Virus record (IMG/VR): IMGVR_UViG_3300037851_000542
Span: 64,001 to 128,000 of that record
Reading direction: 5' to 3' (one strand)
From: a virus
Lineage: Duplodnaviria; Caudoviricetes
DNA length: 64,000 nt
This document shows positions 35,021 through 44,782 of this stretch, piece after piece. The notes beneath the pieces are model-generated. The model did not search any database. It was not told where the DNA came from and worked only from the letters and a program-made list of their open reading frames with translations. The translations under genes were made by a program, and so were the position numbers. Every line of letters begins with the position of its first letter. Within the stretch, counting starts at the first letter, position 1.

Positions 35021-36301
35021 CTATTTATCCTTTAACAGTTTTAAATATTGCTCTCTAGATTCTGGGATTAGAATTTTATTAGCTTCTGGGTCTTCTAACA
35101 ATCTTTTTGTGCGGTCTTGGAAGGTACCATAATCTATTTTGGAAAATTCTGCTCCGGCTACATCCATTATTTTCTTTGTTTCTAAAAGTCTTTTTTCCTT
35201 TCTTTTTCTAAACGCTTCTTTGGCTCCGTAGGCTGTCGGGTCAATAATATAATCCTCTGATAAAATCTGAGCTATTGCCATTTGATTAGCAACCTCGTAT
35301 CTTCTGACTTTAATATAGTCAGTCAAGAAACTATCTAAATTGTAATTACCCTCATATGGAACAAGCGAATGGGCTATATCTGCATTTAAAAGCTTCGGTT
35401 TTATTTTTAAGCGTTTTGTATATTTAAAATTAGTCTCACTTTCTGGAAGTATATTTTTAATTTTTTGTGAAATTTCTCTAAGAGTGAATATTTGATCTCC
35501 TGCTAAATTGTATGTACCCGTCCTTCTTTTATTTATACTATCGGACATAAACTTAGTTACGTAATTAACATGTACAAAGTCATAAGGTGTGTCGGCAGAG
35601 TATAATTCAACTTCTTTTTCCATCCTGACAGTCAAATCTACATATAGGGGTAAAAAACCAATCCATTTTCCTTTATTTATTTCATTAATATCTGTATCTG
35701 ACTTTCTGCCAAACACTTCAGGAAGTCTTAAAATTGAGTAATCATTTTCATTAGTTTCACAGTAATGTTTTACCAAATCTTCGGCTGCCAGCGCTAGACA
35801 CCCTGAGTAGTGGTTTGGTTTTAATTTTTCAGACTCTTTGCATATCTGACTACTGGAATTCTCATAGACCGAAGAGGATGATAGATATAAAAAGTAAGGT
35901 TTCCTTTGTATAGACGGGGTTCTTACTCTAACCAGTCCAGATAGGGTATGTGTCAAAGATTTTAAAGCATTAATTTCATTTAAATGGTTATCTGAAATAC
36001 CTACAGTAGGGCTATACGCGCCTGCACAGTAGACGACAACATCTATGTTTGAAGATATCAAAAAGTTATTAACTGTGTCTACAGCAGTAACGTCCATTGA
36101 TATCTGATTTAGGTTAAACTTCGCAGTTTCTGGAATATGGATAAAGTTTGAGGATATATTTTTATCTAAAGAATATATGGTGATGTTTTCTTTATTTAAA
36201 AATCTATAAATAAAGTGCCTACCTATAAACCCATTACCGCCTATTACGGCAATACGAATTCTTTGATTTAAAGTATGAGGGTTAAGTATAGAACTAGTCA
36301 T
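35021..36301 (-). CDS. NAD-dependent epimerase/dehydratase-like (extended SDR) protein with C-terminal extension
   Basis: IAVIGGNGFIG, DVVVYCAG, YLSSSSVY, ILRLPEVFG; the YxxxK Lys appears to be missing (YSGCLALAAE). Confidence 0.78.
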   Translation of the reverse strand: MTSSILNPHTLNQRIRIAVIGGNGFIGRHFIYRFLNKENITIYSLDKNISSNFIHIPETAKFNLNQISMDVTAVDTVNNFLISSNIDVVVYCAGAYSPTVGISDNHLNEINALKSLTHTLSGLVRVRTPSIQRKPYFLYLSSSSVYENSSSQICKESEKLKPNHYSGCLALAAEDLVKHYCETNENDYSILRLPEVFGRKSDTDINEINKGKWIGFLPLYVDLTVRMEKEVELYSADTPYDFVHVNYVTKFMSDSINKRRTGTYNLAGDQIFTLREISQKIKNILPESETNFKYTKRLKIKPKLLNADIAHSLVPYEGNYNLDSFLTDYIKVRRYEVANQMAIAQILSEDYIIDPTAYGAKEAFRKRKEKRLLETKKIMDVAGAEFSKIDYGTFQDRTKRLLEDPEANKILIPESREQYLKLLKDK

Positions 36302-36596
36302 TGAAATTAAAATAAAATTTATTAGACCTTACATAGCTTTTTAGTTTTAATATAGTGGAATATTTACTTATTAAGCTTCTATTGTATTGGGTCAGCAGAT
36401 CTCCTATGACATAAAGGTGATCAGAATTAACTATAAAATCTGAATCTATCTTATTTGTAACTTTGTAAATGGTAGACTCTAGTGTTTTGTTATTATACTT
36501 ATAATCGTAAATAATGTGCCCTAAAAGATTGTCTAATTCGGTATCGTTTACATTATTGTTCATATTATTTTTTAGGGAAAGTCTTATATTTCTCAA
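36294..36596 (-). CDS. hypothetical protein
   Basis: 100 aa ORF in an operon. Confidence 0.6.
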   Translation of the reverse strand: MRNIRLSLKNNMNNNVNDTELDNLLGHIIYDYKYNNKTLESTIYKVTNKIDSDFIVNSDHLYVIGDLLTQYNRSLISKYSTILKLKSYVRSNKFYFNFND

Positions 36597-36786
36597 TAAT
36601 TACATTGCTATTACCGTCTGTAACTGAAAATTTATATTTCATAGTACAGCAACTTTTACTTATAAACTCTACTTGAATATCAACTTGACACACCTTACAT
36701 TTTATCACTTTTGGGCTATTTATACTAATACTTTTATAATCAAAAGTGTTTATATTATTGCAACTTAAGCAGGAATAAATTTTCAT
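36565..36786 (-). CDS. small zinc-ribbon protein
   Basis: CLSC...CKVC pairs. Confidence 0.65.
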   Translation of the reverse strand: MKIYSCLSCNNINTFDYKSISINSPKVIKCKVCQVDIQVEFISKSCCTMKYKFSVTDGNSNVIIEKYKTFPKK

Positions 36787-37586
36787 TTTAGACCTTTTAG
36801 TAGCGTTCTAGTTTTAAGATAATAATTTTCCAAAGATTTTTGTCTTTCTTTTTTAGTAGGGTTTAGTTTCCAACTATCAATTCCCTCACTATTAAGATTT
36901 ATAATATGTATTTTATCACTCTCTTTTATTTGACTTAATACGCTTTTTTCATATAATTTTTGTACGCATAGAAAGCTTCTAGAGATTACTTTTGCAGGTG
37001 AATTTAAAAAAGTAAAGTCTTTAGTTGAAGGTTCGGGTGTGCAGCTCACTGCAAATGTTGGAAATCTACTTTTATGATTATCTTTAAAATATAGATAAGG
37101 TGTAGCTTGCCACACTGCCCCATCTACTAAATAATCACTACCGTGCTTTATTGGTTTAAATAATACTGGGATAGCACAAGAAGCTTGAACAATCTTTGAT
37201 AGATCTTCTTTATCTGGATTTTTAAATATTACGGGGTCTCCTGTTAGTATACTACATGTAACTATGTGAAGGTTTCTAACCCTATCTAAGTTTTTTACCT
37301 TTAAAGATATATCTTTTCCTAGCTTATCTAAGTTGTATATACCATTCTTTAAAAAGCCAACCTTATTAAAAGATCTATATTCATAGAAATTTTGATTTAA
37401 AGCGTACTCAACTAAAGCGTCAAAATCATAATTATATGACAACAGGCTAGCTATAATGGAGCCTGCTGAAACGCCACAAACATTGGCTATTTCCCAATCG
37501 TCTTCGAGCAGAGCTTTTATAGTACCCAGTTGTCCAATGGCTTTAGCTCCACCTGCGCCTAGTATTAAATTACATTTCTTTTTCAC
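36783..37586 (-). CDS. patatin-like phospholipase
   Basis: LILGAGGAK (oxyanion loop), GVSAG (nucleophile elbow), ASCAIP.LF.P, LVDGA (catalytic Asp). Confidence 0.9.
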   Translation of the reverse strand: MKKKCNLILGAGGAKAIGQLGTIKALLEDDWEIANVCGVSAGSIIASLLSYNYDFDALVEYALNQNFYEYRSFNKVGFLKNGIYNLDKLGKDISLKVKNLDRVRNLHIVTCSILTGDPVIFKNPDKEDLSKIVQASCAIPVLFKPIKHGSDYLVDGAVWQATPYLYFKDNHKSRFPTFAVSCTPEPSTKDFTFLNSPAKVISRSFLCVQKLYEKSVLSQIKESDKIHIINLNSEGIDSWKLNPTKKERQKSLENYYLKTRTLLKGLK

Positions 37587-37904
37587 TTAGATTATTCTAG
37601 CCTTTATTTCAGCTATAGTATTTAAAAGTTCATTTATTTTTTTAACACTTTTGCTGTACTCAGAATCTACTGCGGATTGTAGTTGGTTTTGTTCGGGCTT
37701 GCGTAAGTTAAATTTGTATTCTTTACCCAGAGCTAAAGATATACCTTTAGGGTGAGGAACTTTAGATATGACCCCGACCCTTAACTTGCTAGTTAGTTTT
37801 CTGCTAAATTTTAAATATCTATGATAAATTAAATAGTTATTTAACTCTTCTCTGACAAGTGCTAACTCAGTATGTAATTTCCGTTGCTCGGCTGTTAAGA
37901 CCAT
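37587..37904 (-). CDS. hypothetical protein
   Basis: 105 aa basic ORF with AAGGT RBS. Confidence 0.68.
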   Translation of the reverse strand: MVLTAEQRKLHTELALVREELNNYLIYHRYLKFSRKLTSKLRVGVISKVPHPKGISLALGKEYKFNLRKPEQNQLQSAVDSEYSKSVKKINELLNTIAEIKARII

Positions 37905-38005
37905 AAATTACCTTAAAATTAAATATTAAAATTTAAACTACCTACTATAAGCAGTATCGGACAATTTTTAAATTAACTTTAGTTAAAAAATAATTTATTT
38001 TAATT

Positions 38006-39499
38006 TTACAAACTTTGCTGTGCTAACTTTCTCTGGTTTAAAATCTCTTGCTCTCTTTTATTTTTTAGATTATAAGCATAAGAGAAAACTTGATCAAACA
38101 TTGGTACAACATTAGTGTTCCAGTTTATAGTAGATGTCACCCAATTATAGGCATTGTCTTCTATTTTAGCTTTTACCTGAGGATTATTATAAATGAAGAG
38201 CATTTTTTGTAACATATCTTCCACGTTTGGTAAAGGACGTATAACATCATTATCATTAGGAAATACACATTTTAAGGACAATGTATTTCCAGATGCATAC
38301 AGAACCCCCCTAACTTTTTCTATGTCGTTTTGATCACCGCACAGCTCGGTATGAGACGTATTAGCAGGGGCTATAACGCAGGTTTTGGTAGCAAAAGCCT
38401 GTGTTAGAGCAAATTCCCATCCACCTCCTGTAGCAGAGGTCAATAGTAAATCAGCAGTATTAAATACTTGGTTGAGTTCGGAAATAGATAGCCCGACTTG
38501 CACATTAAAATTTGGAGGAAAAATAACATCCTTGCCTATTACCAATCCAAGACTGTTACAAACTTCAGGAAGATTCCATCCGACATCTACAGGTTTCATA
38601 TTCATATACAAGAAGGTATTATCGCCTACTGCTTTCTTGAACTCTGCAAAAGCCATTAAAGTAGCAGGTAACATTTTTCTTGGTTGATTTCTATTTACGT
38701 TTAAGCACATAAATTTATCAACAAAAGCATCCCCAAACATTACTCTTCTGAATCTTCTGGACTCCTCTTTAGAGATAGGAAAGAATTCCTTTGTATTAAT
38801 ACCGTGGGGAATAGAACTTAGTTTTTTCTCTATATCTGGACAGGCTTCTATAGACAACTGTCTACCAAAATTTAAGTATGTTATCGGGAACTCTACTTTG
38901 TTTATTTGATTTAACCACGCTGCTTTTGGGATACCGTCTATAGGAAAATAAGCTACGATAGGAACGTGTCCTAATCCTCTGGAGTTTAGGATATCCTTGA
39001 TCTTGTCTATAAATCCATCGTTAGATCCTAGTATATTACCACCAATCAGGAACGGATCTTCAAACAAAAAAACAGTGTCAATTAACCTTGGATCGATTGA
39101 GCTTAATAATTGTAAAAACTTATGTTGTCCATATTGGTGAACAGGTGCGCTAGTATGCGCCTGCATAGCAGGCCACTGCTGGTAAATGCCGTTAGAAGGT
39201 GAACCTACTATTTGGTTAGGATCAAATGCATCTCCAAAGTAGTTTATACCAACCTGTCTTACTTCATATTTTCCAGCATAATTATTAAATAAATTAGTAA
39301 GTATTTCCTTCATTACCACACCAAATCCAGTAATCACTAATGGACTAGCGCCCCAGGCTAATATCTTTATGGTCTGTTTATTAGCTACAGGCTGTAACTG
39401 TACTTGTTGGTTTGTTTGCATACTTTGCCTTATTTGATTTATTTGATTTAGAGCCTGTGGTGCATTAGAAGATGTGTTTTTATATTTTTTCTTACTCAT
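38006..39499 (-). CDS. GT-B fold glycosyltransferase (GT4-like, phage type)
   Basis: TGFGVV, YFPIDG, IPHGINT..F.P, VNRNQPRK, LNQVFNTADLLLTSATGGGWEFALTQA (GEG.GL..LEA-like). Confidence 0.85.
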   Translation of the reverse strand: MSKKKYKNTSSNAPQALNQINQIRQSMQTNQQVQLQPVANKQTIKILAWGASPLVITGFGVVMKEILTNLFNNYAGKYEVRQVGINYFGDAFDPNQIVGSPSNGIYQQWPAMQAHTSAPVHQYGQHKFLQLLSSIDPRLIDTVFLFEDPFLIGGNILGSNDGFIDKIKDILNSRGLGHVPIVAYFPIDGIPKAAWLNQINKVEFPITYLNFGRQLSIEACPDIEKKLSSIPHGINTKEFFPISKEESRRFRRVMFGDAFVDKFMCLNVNRNQPRKMLPATLMAFAEFKKAVGDNTFLYMNMKPVDVGWNLPEVCNSLGLVIGKDVIFPPNFNVQVGLSISELNQVFNTADLLLTSATGGGWEFALTQAFATKTCVIAPANTSHTELCGDQNDIEKVRGVLYASGNTLSLKCVFPNDNDVIRPLPNVEDMLQKMLFIYNNPQVKAKIEDNAYNWVTSTINWNTNVVPMFDQVFSYAYNLKNKREQEILNQRKLAQQSL

Positions 39500-39500
39500 T

Positions 39501-40748
39501 TCACTTAACCTTTCTAGTTCTAATTTGAGGAGATTGTAATCTATATTGTGCTGATTGTTGTATTTGGGCTACTACATCAGAAGGTAAAGTAGCTAATATA
39601 TCGTCTAGTTTGCTGTTACTGACATCCACGCAATCAAGTAAAGTATTTAAATCTATATAATTGGCTAATATCTTAGCGTTATAAGTCCTATTTGAATTAC
39701 TTAATGTGTAAACTTCCTCTGTGCCATTTGTTATTTTAGAGTTATTTTCATTATCCAGGTGTATCAGAGCCCACTTAGTTAAATCTCTTTTTAACTGTTC
39801 TAGCTCTGTTATTGTATTTTTAATATCTTTATAAATACCTAAAAAAGAACTAGGGGTAACTTCTGGAATTTTAAATGTGCTTCCTACCTGTATTAAACTA
39901 TCATTATAAGTAGTACAAGAATGCTTGAACTGACACCAAGAACAGAATGTACTTAACTTTCCTTCTGGCAAGTAACCGTCTTCGCTATTTTGAATACTTT
40001 CAACAAATTTTAATAATCCATTTCTAACTGAAAACAGCTGTTGCCTAAAACTATAACGCTGAGTATCTGTTCTAGTACTAGTAACAGTTTTTTTAAGGCG
40101 TAAGTAGTTCAACTCAACCACGCGATTAGGAAACTGAGGAAACAAATAGAAGGCAGCTAAATCGTACATAGACAGCTGTTCATCTGTTCTAGCGTCCTGC
40201 CAAGACATAGCAGTATTTGATGTCTTATAATCTATAATTTTAATTGTGGTATCGTCTAACTGTACAATTTTATCAATAAAGCCATTTATTCTAACTCCTT
40301 CTGGAAACTCAATATCAAATTCTTGCTCTACTGCGATTATTTTTTCTGGAACTAAATCTGCACGTCTTCTGTCTAGTTCTTCTTTGATTAACCTTTCACC
40401 TTCTTCGAATAGAGCAACATTATGTATAATAGAGCTGTTGTCTACCACCCTAGACATGTAATCTCTAAATGCTTGATAAGCCTCTTCATAATCTGTAAGA
40501 CTGACAGGGCATCCTGTTTCCATTACCTTTCTGGCTATTACTTCAAGTCCGTGATGAACAGCGCTACCAAAGGTAAAAATTTCAGTATCTTGTCTGGGAA
40601 GCTTATCTATATAAGAGTAATAAAACTTCCTAGGGCACTCTAAAAAAGTTTTATACTTCGATGCAGACATCTTAGTATAAATGGACTTTATCTCCTCTGG
40701 AGTTTTGCCTGTCAATGGATTGGGTCTTAGAGCTATATTATTATTCAT
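39501..40748 (-). CDS. PD-(D/E)XK RecB/AddB/Cas4-like exonuclease with Fe-S staple
   Basis: SASKYKTFLECPRKFYY, GSAVH..LE, EQEF, GFIDKI, IIDYKT, QLSMY, CSWCQFKHSC. Confidence 0.88.
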   Translation of the reverse strand: MNNNIALRPNPLTGKTPEEIKSIYTKMSASKYKTFLECPRKFYYSYIDKLPRQDTEIFTFGSAVHHGLEVIARKVMETGCPVSLTDYEEAYQAFRDYMSRVVDNSSIIHNVALFEEGERLIKEELDRRRADLVPEKIIAVEQEFDIEFPEGVRINGFIDKIVQLDDTTIKIIDYKTSNTAMSWQDARTDEQLSMYDLAAFYLFPQFPNRVVELNYLRLKKTVTSTRTDTQRYSFRQQLFSVRNGLLKFVESIQNSEDGYLPEGKLSTFCSWCQFKHSCTTYNDSLIQVGSTFKIPEVTPSSFLGIYKDIKNTITELEQLKRDLTKWALIHLDNENNSKITNGTEEVYTLSNSNRTYNAKILANYIDLNTLLDCVDVSNSKLDDILATLPSDVVAQIQQSAQYRLQSPQIRTRKVK

Positions 40749-40749
40749 A

Positions 40750-41280
40750 CTATTTAGTATAATTTAGGAGAAACCATTTTGCAAGTATAATCGCGTCGGT
40801 AGTATCATTATCTTTTTCAAAACTAAAATCATTTAGTGAGTATTCTTCTACAGCCCAATTATAAGCCCTTAATTTTTTTGCTGATTTTTTAGGGTGAGTT
40901 TCTTCTTTGGCTTTATTTTTAGTTCCTGCTTTAACTTTGTATCCTGCTGGAATTACAAGGGCTCTTGCCTTTGATGCCTCTACTGACTCATAGCGAATAG
41001 TATTAACTATTGCTTCTATGACTACCCCACGATACTGATTTAATAAGGCTGTTGTTTTAACATTCCTATCGTGATAAACACCTTCTAAAACTACAACATT
41101 TGGTTTTAAATCACTAATAAGAGAAAGTACTTCTTTTCTTAACTCTTTAAATCTTTTCCTATGATCGTGTTTAGGATTAAGCTGTATAGCCCCATAGGAT
41201 ATTAAAGAATCCCCAACAATAAAAGCATAACCCGTTTTAGTGGCAATGTCTAACCCTAGTACTCTGTATTTTTTTGTCAT
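40750..41280 (-). CDS. RuvC-like Holliday junction resolvase
   Basis: VLGLDIATKTGYA, VVVLEG, DTTDAIILA. Confidence 0.82.
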   Translation of the reverse strand: MTKKYRVLGLDIATKTGYAFIVGDSLISYGAIQLNPKHDHRKRFKELRKEVLSLISDLKPNVVVLEGVYHDRNVKTTALLNQYRGVVIEAIVNTIRYESVEASKARALVIPAGYKVKAGTKNKAKEETHPKKSAKKLRAYNWAVEEYSLNDFSFEKDNDTTDAIILAKWFLLNYTK

Positions 41281-42068
41281 ATTTTACTTAGGAGATTTTT
41301 TAAACTTTGCATCTCTGAAATTGATAAGTTGTTTAACCTTGGTCTGATAAGCTTTGGTATGATATATAAATTAGAAGAATTCGTCAGGTGCCCTTTGTGC
41401 CCTTTTCCCTTAAATAAAACTGGTTTATTGAATTCAAAACCACTTGGAAATCTCCATTTTATTGTTTGCTCTTCGTCTTCTAAAAGGGTATTTTTACAGG
41501 ATGTGCAGGATCCAGAGCGATTGTACCCAGATCCTTTACAATAGTTACATACCTTTACCTGCTTATGCATACCGAAAGGTGTTGGTACTTGGGTTTCAAT
41601 AGTTCCATAACCGTCGCACTGTCTGCATTGACTAAAATATGAAGAATCTACTAGACATATACTACACGGCTTCTTGGTTACAATTTTAAAAGTTAAAAAT
41701 TCTTCATACAAGTACTGGTATAAGGAGACTTGTAACTCTAACTTTATATCATTAACTTTTATTGGTCTTAGTTTTGGATGGGCTTGATGAGCCCTGTTAA
41801 CTGACGTTTCTCTAAAAAATGCTTTAAAAAAATCATTAAACTCGCCAAACCCACCTTGTTCATCAAATTTTAGCCCTGCCACAGTCTCTGTTTTTTGAGT
41901 TAAGACTGAGTAAGCCTCTGTAATTTCTTTAAATTTAGCCTCGGCTCCTTGCTCCTTATTTACATCAGGATGATACTGTTTTGCTAGCTTCCGATAAGCA
42001 GCTTTTATATCATCGTCAGACGAATCTCTAGACAATCCTAGGATTTTTAGGGCTTCTGCTCTAATCAT
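41277..42068 (-). CDS. dnaJ: DnaJ-type co-chaperone (J-domain plus zinc finger)
   Basis: ILGL...DIKAAYRKLAKQYHPDVNK...AEAKFKEITEAYSVL; CRQCDGYG, CNYCKGSG and two degenerate CxxC motifs. Confidence 0.9.
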   Translation of the reverse strand: MIRAEALKILGLSRDSSDDDIKAAYRKLAKQYHPDVNKEQGAEAKFKEITEAYSVLTQKTETVAGLKFDEQGGFGEFNDFFKAFFRETSVNRAHQAHPKLRPIKVNDIKLELQVSLYQYLYEEFLTFKIVTKKPCSICLVDSSYFSQCRQCDGYGTIETQVPTPFGMHKQVKVCNYCKGSGYNRSGSCTSCKNTLLEDEEQTIKWRFPSGFEFNKPVLFKGKGHKGHLTNSSNLYIIPKLIRPRLNNLSISEMQSLKNLLSKI

Positions 42069-43149
42069 ATTTAAACTTTGTATATGGATTGTTTAAGAAT
42101 TCTTTAATATTGATTAAAGTAGGATTATCTAGTAAACTTTCCAATTCTAAAAAAGGAGCTTCATCTGGATCTTTATCCGGTAATTCTGCATAGCTTACTG
42201 TAATTATACCAGACTTATCTAACTTTTCCAATGTTTTTATAAATCCTTGCCTTGCGGCGGCGCCCCTTTCTATAAGAAAAAACAGATCTAAGCTACAAGA
42301 AGCTGCTAATGTTATCTGTTTTTGACTTAAAGTATTTCCTAGGCAAGCTACTGAGTTAGTCCACCCATAGAAATTTAACCTTATACAACTAAACTCACCT
42401 TCTACTATTATTAGTGACCTTTTGCCGTTTTTTAAATCTACATTGTTTAAGTTAAACAAAGCATTTTCTTTTTTATAACCTGGTGTAATCCAATACTTTG
42501 GGCAGTCCCCGTATTGGAGTATGCCATCTAACCTACGTGCATTTACCCCCACCAGTGTCCCCTCCTTACTATAAGAAGGTATTCCTACTCTCAACTGTTT
42601 ATAACTATCTAAAAAAGGATAAAGATTATATTTACTTATGCTTTGAAGTCCTGGATAATTCCTTAATTGAATATATTTTTCTACGTATTCAAATCCTACT
42701 GGGTGATTATAAAAATTAGGAAACTCTTGTAAACCTGCAAGTTCTGCCACTCTAGCTCTATCTTGTTCTGCATTGGATTTAATTATAGATATTAACTTTT
42801 GATAATCTTCTAAGTTTGAAACTTGATCATCCTTTTCCAAGTTAAAATTGCACAATTCGGCTAATCTTTCTACTGCCTGGTTGAAACTACAATTAAGTTT
42901 TAATTTAATAAAACCATATACATCGTGGGCTTCATTTCCTCCACAACTCTTAGTAAAGCATTGCCACCCATCATACTTCTTACTCCAAGAAAAACCTTCT
43001 TTAGTGTCCCCTCCGTGAAGAGGGCAAGGGCACCTTACTTCAGTTTCCCTATTGCATATTTCAGAATAAGGAACTCCTCCAATACTTACAAGTACTTGTA
43101 CAGGATCTGCCAGTGCTTTAAGTGTGTCAATTGTTTGTTTGCTGTACAT
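42061..43149 (-). CDS. DnaG-type DNA primase
   Basis: CPCPLHGGD...WQCF..SC zinc-binding domain; TOPRIM IIVEGEF, ACLGN, DKDPDE. Confidence 0.88.
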   Translation of the reverse strand: MYSKQTIDTLKALADPVQVLVSIGGVPYSEICNRETEVRCPCPLHGGDTKEGFSWSKKYDGWQCFTKSCGGNEAHDVYGFIKLKLNCSFNQAVERLAELCNFNLEKDDQVSNLEDYQKLISIIKSNAEQDRARVAELAGLQEFPNFYNHPVGFEYVEKYIQLRNYPGLQSISKYNLYPFLDSYKQLRVGIPSYSKEGTLVGVNARRLDGILQYGDCPKYWITPGYKKENALFNLNNVDLKNGKRSLIIVEGEFSCIRLNFYGWTNSVACLGNTLSQKQITLAASCSLDLFFLIERGAAARQGFIKTLEKLDKSGIITVSYAELPDKDPDEAPFLELESLLDNPTLINIKEFLNNPYTKFKYD

Positions 43150-43159
43150 GACAATCTAG

Positions 43160-44782
43160 TTAAAATAGTGGATCTTCGTCTTCCTCAGGAGTAACTTGAG
43201 AAACATAGGTGGTAAGATCTTCTATATCTCTTTGGTTATTATTTGACAGCTTATCATTTTTAACCTTATTTATCCAGATATCATTACTACTGGAACTTCT
43301 TCCGTTTTTAGAAAGTGTATTTAGTTTATAATTTATTTTAGCTTTTCTGCCGTCTTCATTATCTTCATCCTCTTCTTGCTTTGTATCAGCCTCTATTGTT
43401 TTTAATATAGATTTATAAAAAGTTACTGGTATTCTTTTTGCAGAACCTCCTCCTCTGGACTCTTTAACAGTTAGCCAGTGGGTTCCGTATTTCTTAACAT
43501 CCTCTTCAAAAGTGTCGCTATCAATATCAAACTCTTTATCACTCTTAGGATCAAATCTTATCAAGGTATTACAGTATCTAATGAGCCTATCACTATCAGC
43601 CACATTGTTTGTTCTAGTATTTATTTGGCAACCTGTGACAACTGGTATATCTAAAGTTCCGGCTGATATTTTTAGTGCATTTGTTATATCTCCGAGTATT
43701 TGATCTTCTCTTATATCTTTACTATTTTCTGCTACTGTCTCCATTTTTATATAATCAAAAACAGCCAACCCTATACCATATTTTAATTTAGCTCTTCTAA
43801 TTCTATTGGTTATAATTTTAGAATTAAACTGAGGTAAGTACTCGTAATATAAATTAAATTCATTTTTAATTTTAAATATAGCAGCTTCAACCCTTTCTTG
43901 GTCCCTTTTATCTTCTTTAAACTTACCACTAATAATCGCACGCTCGTCTACTTCGCTAATTTGAGCAAGTAATCTGGAAAGATCCTCTTTATAACTCATT
44001 TCTGTACTAAGGTATAACACTGGAATTTTATGATGTTCTATAACATGTCTAGCTATGTTTAGCATTAAAGTAGATTTACCACCCTTTGGTGGACCTGCAA
44101 AAATAGTTAATGTTCCAGCCCTTAATCCATTTATTGCTTGATCTAAACTTTTAAATCCAGTTTCTAATCCTATTAGGTCATTACCTCTACTGTTTATTTC
44201 TTCTACAAAATCGTCAATTACTTCAGACATAGATACTGTTTCATCCCTATCCTGTCCAGCCTCAATTAGACTTAACTCGGCTAGAAACTTTTCTGTAAGC
44301 TCCTCACCATTAGGATTAGTACTCAGGTCCTGTCTGAATGAAAAAACCTCGTTTTGCATTCTAGACGCAGCAGTATAGAGTTTATACTTTTTATAGGAAT
44401 TTTTTAATTTATCAACATAAAAATCGTAATTAGATTCATCTGGTGATGTGGAGCTAATAATAATAAAATATTGGTCCAGTACTCCTGTAGATTCTATTCC
44501 CAAACTTTTGCTTGCTTGTATAAGCAGAGGTAAATCAATTTTTTCTACTTTTGGATCGTTTTGTAATAAACTCAAAGCTAAAAATACAATCTTATTATGT
44601 TGGGATAGAAAATATTCTTCAGTCACGTCCCCCATTAATTCCACTAACTTAGTCTCGCTATGAAAACAAATTGATAGTAATAGTCTTTCGTACTCAGTGG
44701 CAAAACTGTTACTAGAATGGTTAGTACTTTCAACGGAACTTAAGTTGGTGTTTGATTTTTTTGCCAGAGTTTTATACATCAA
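43160..44782 (-). CDS. DnaB-like replicative helicase
   Basis: GLETGFKSLDQAINGL, GPPKGGKST, YLSTEM, AVFDYI, GCQIN. Confidence 0.92.
   Translation of the reverse strand: MMYKTLAKKSNTNLSSVESTNHSSNSFATEYERLLLSICFHSETKLVELMGDVTEEYFLSQHNKIVFLALSLLQNDPKVEKIDLPLLIQASKSLGIESTGVLDQYFIIISSTSPDESNYDFYVDKLKNSYKKYKLYTAASRMQNEVFSFRQDLSTNPNGEELTEKFLAELSLIEAGQDRDETVSMSEVIDDFVEEINSRGNDLIGLETGFKSLDQAINGLRAGTLTIFAGPPKGGKSTLMLNIARHVIEHHKIPVLYLSTEMSYKEDLSRLLAQISEVDERAIISGKFKEDKRDQERVEAAIFKIKNEFNLYYEYLPQFNSKIITNRIRRAKLKYGIGLAVFDYIKMETVAENSKDIREDQILGDITNALKISAGTLDIPVVTGCQINTRTNNVADSDRLIRYCNTLIRFDPKSDKEFDIDSDTFEEDVKKYGTHWLTVKESRGGGSAKRIPVTFYKSILKTIEADTKQEEDEDNEDGRKAKINYKLNTLSKNGRSSSSNDIWINKVKNDKLSNNNQRDIEDLTTYVSQVTPEEDEDPLF

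Noticed and set aside
39501-40748. Cas4 as part of a CRISPR-Cas system
   Set aside because: No array or other cas genes occur in the window; stand-alone Cas4/RecB-like nucleases are common in phage recombination clusters.
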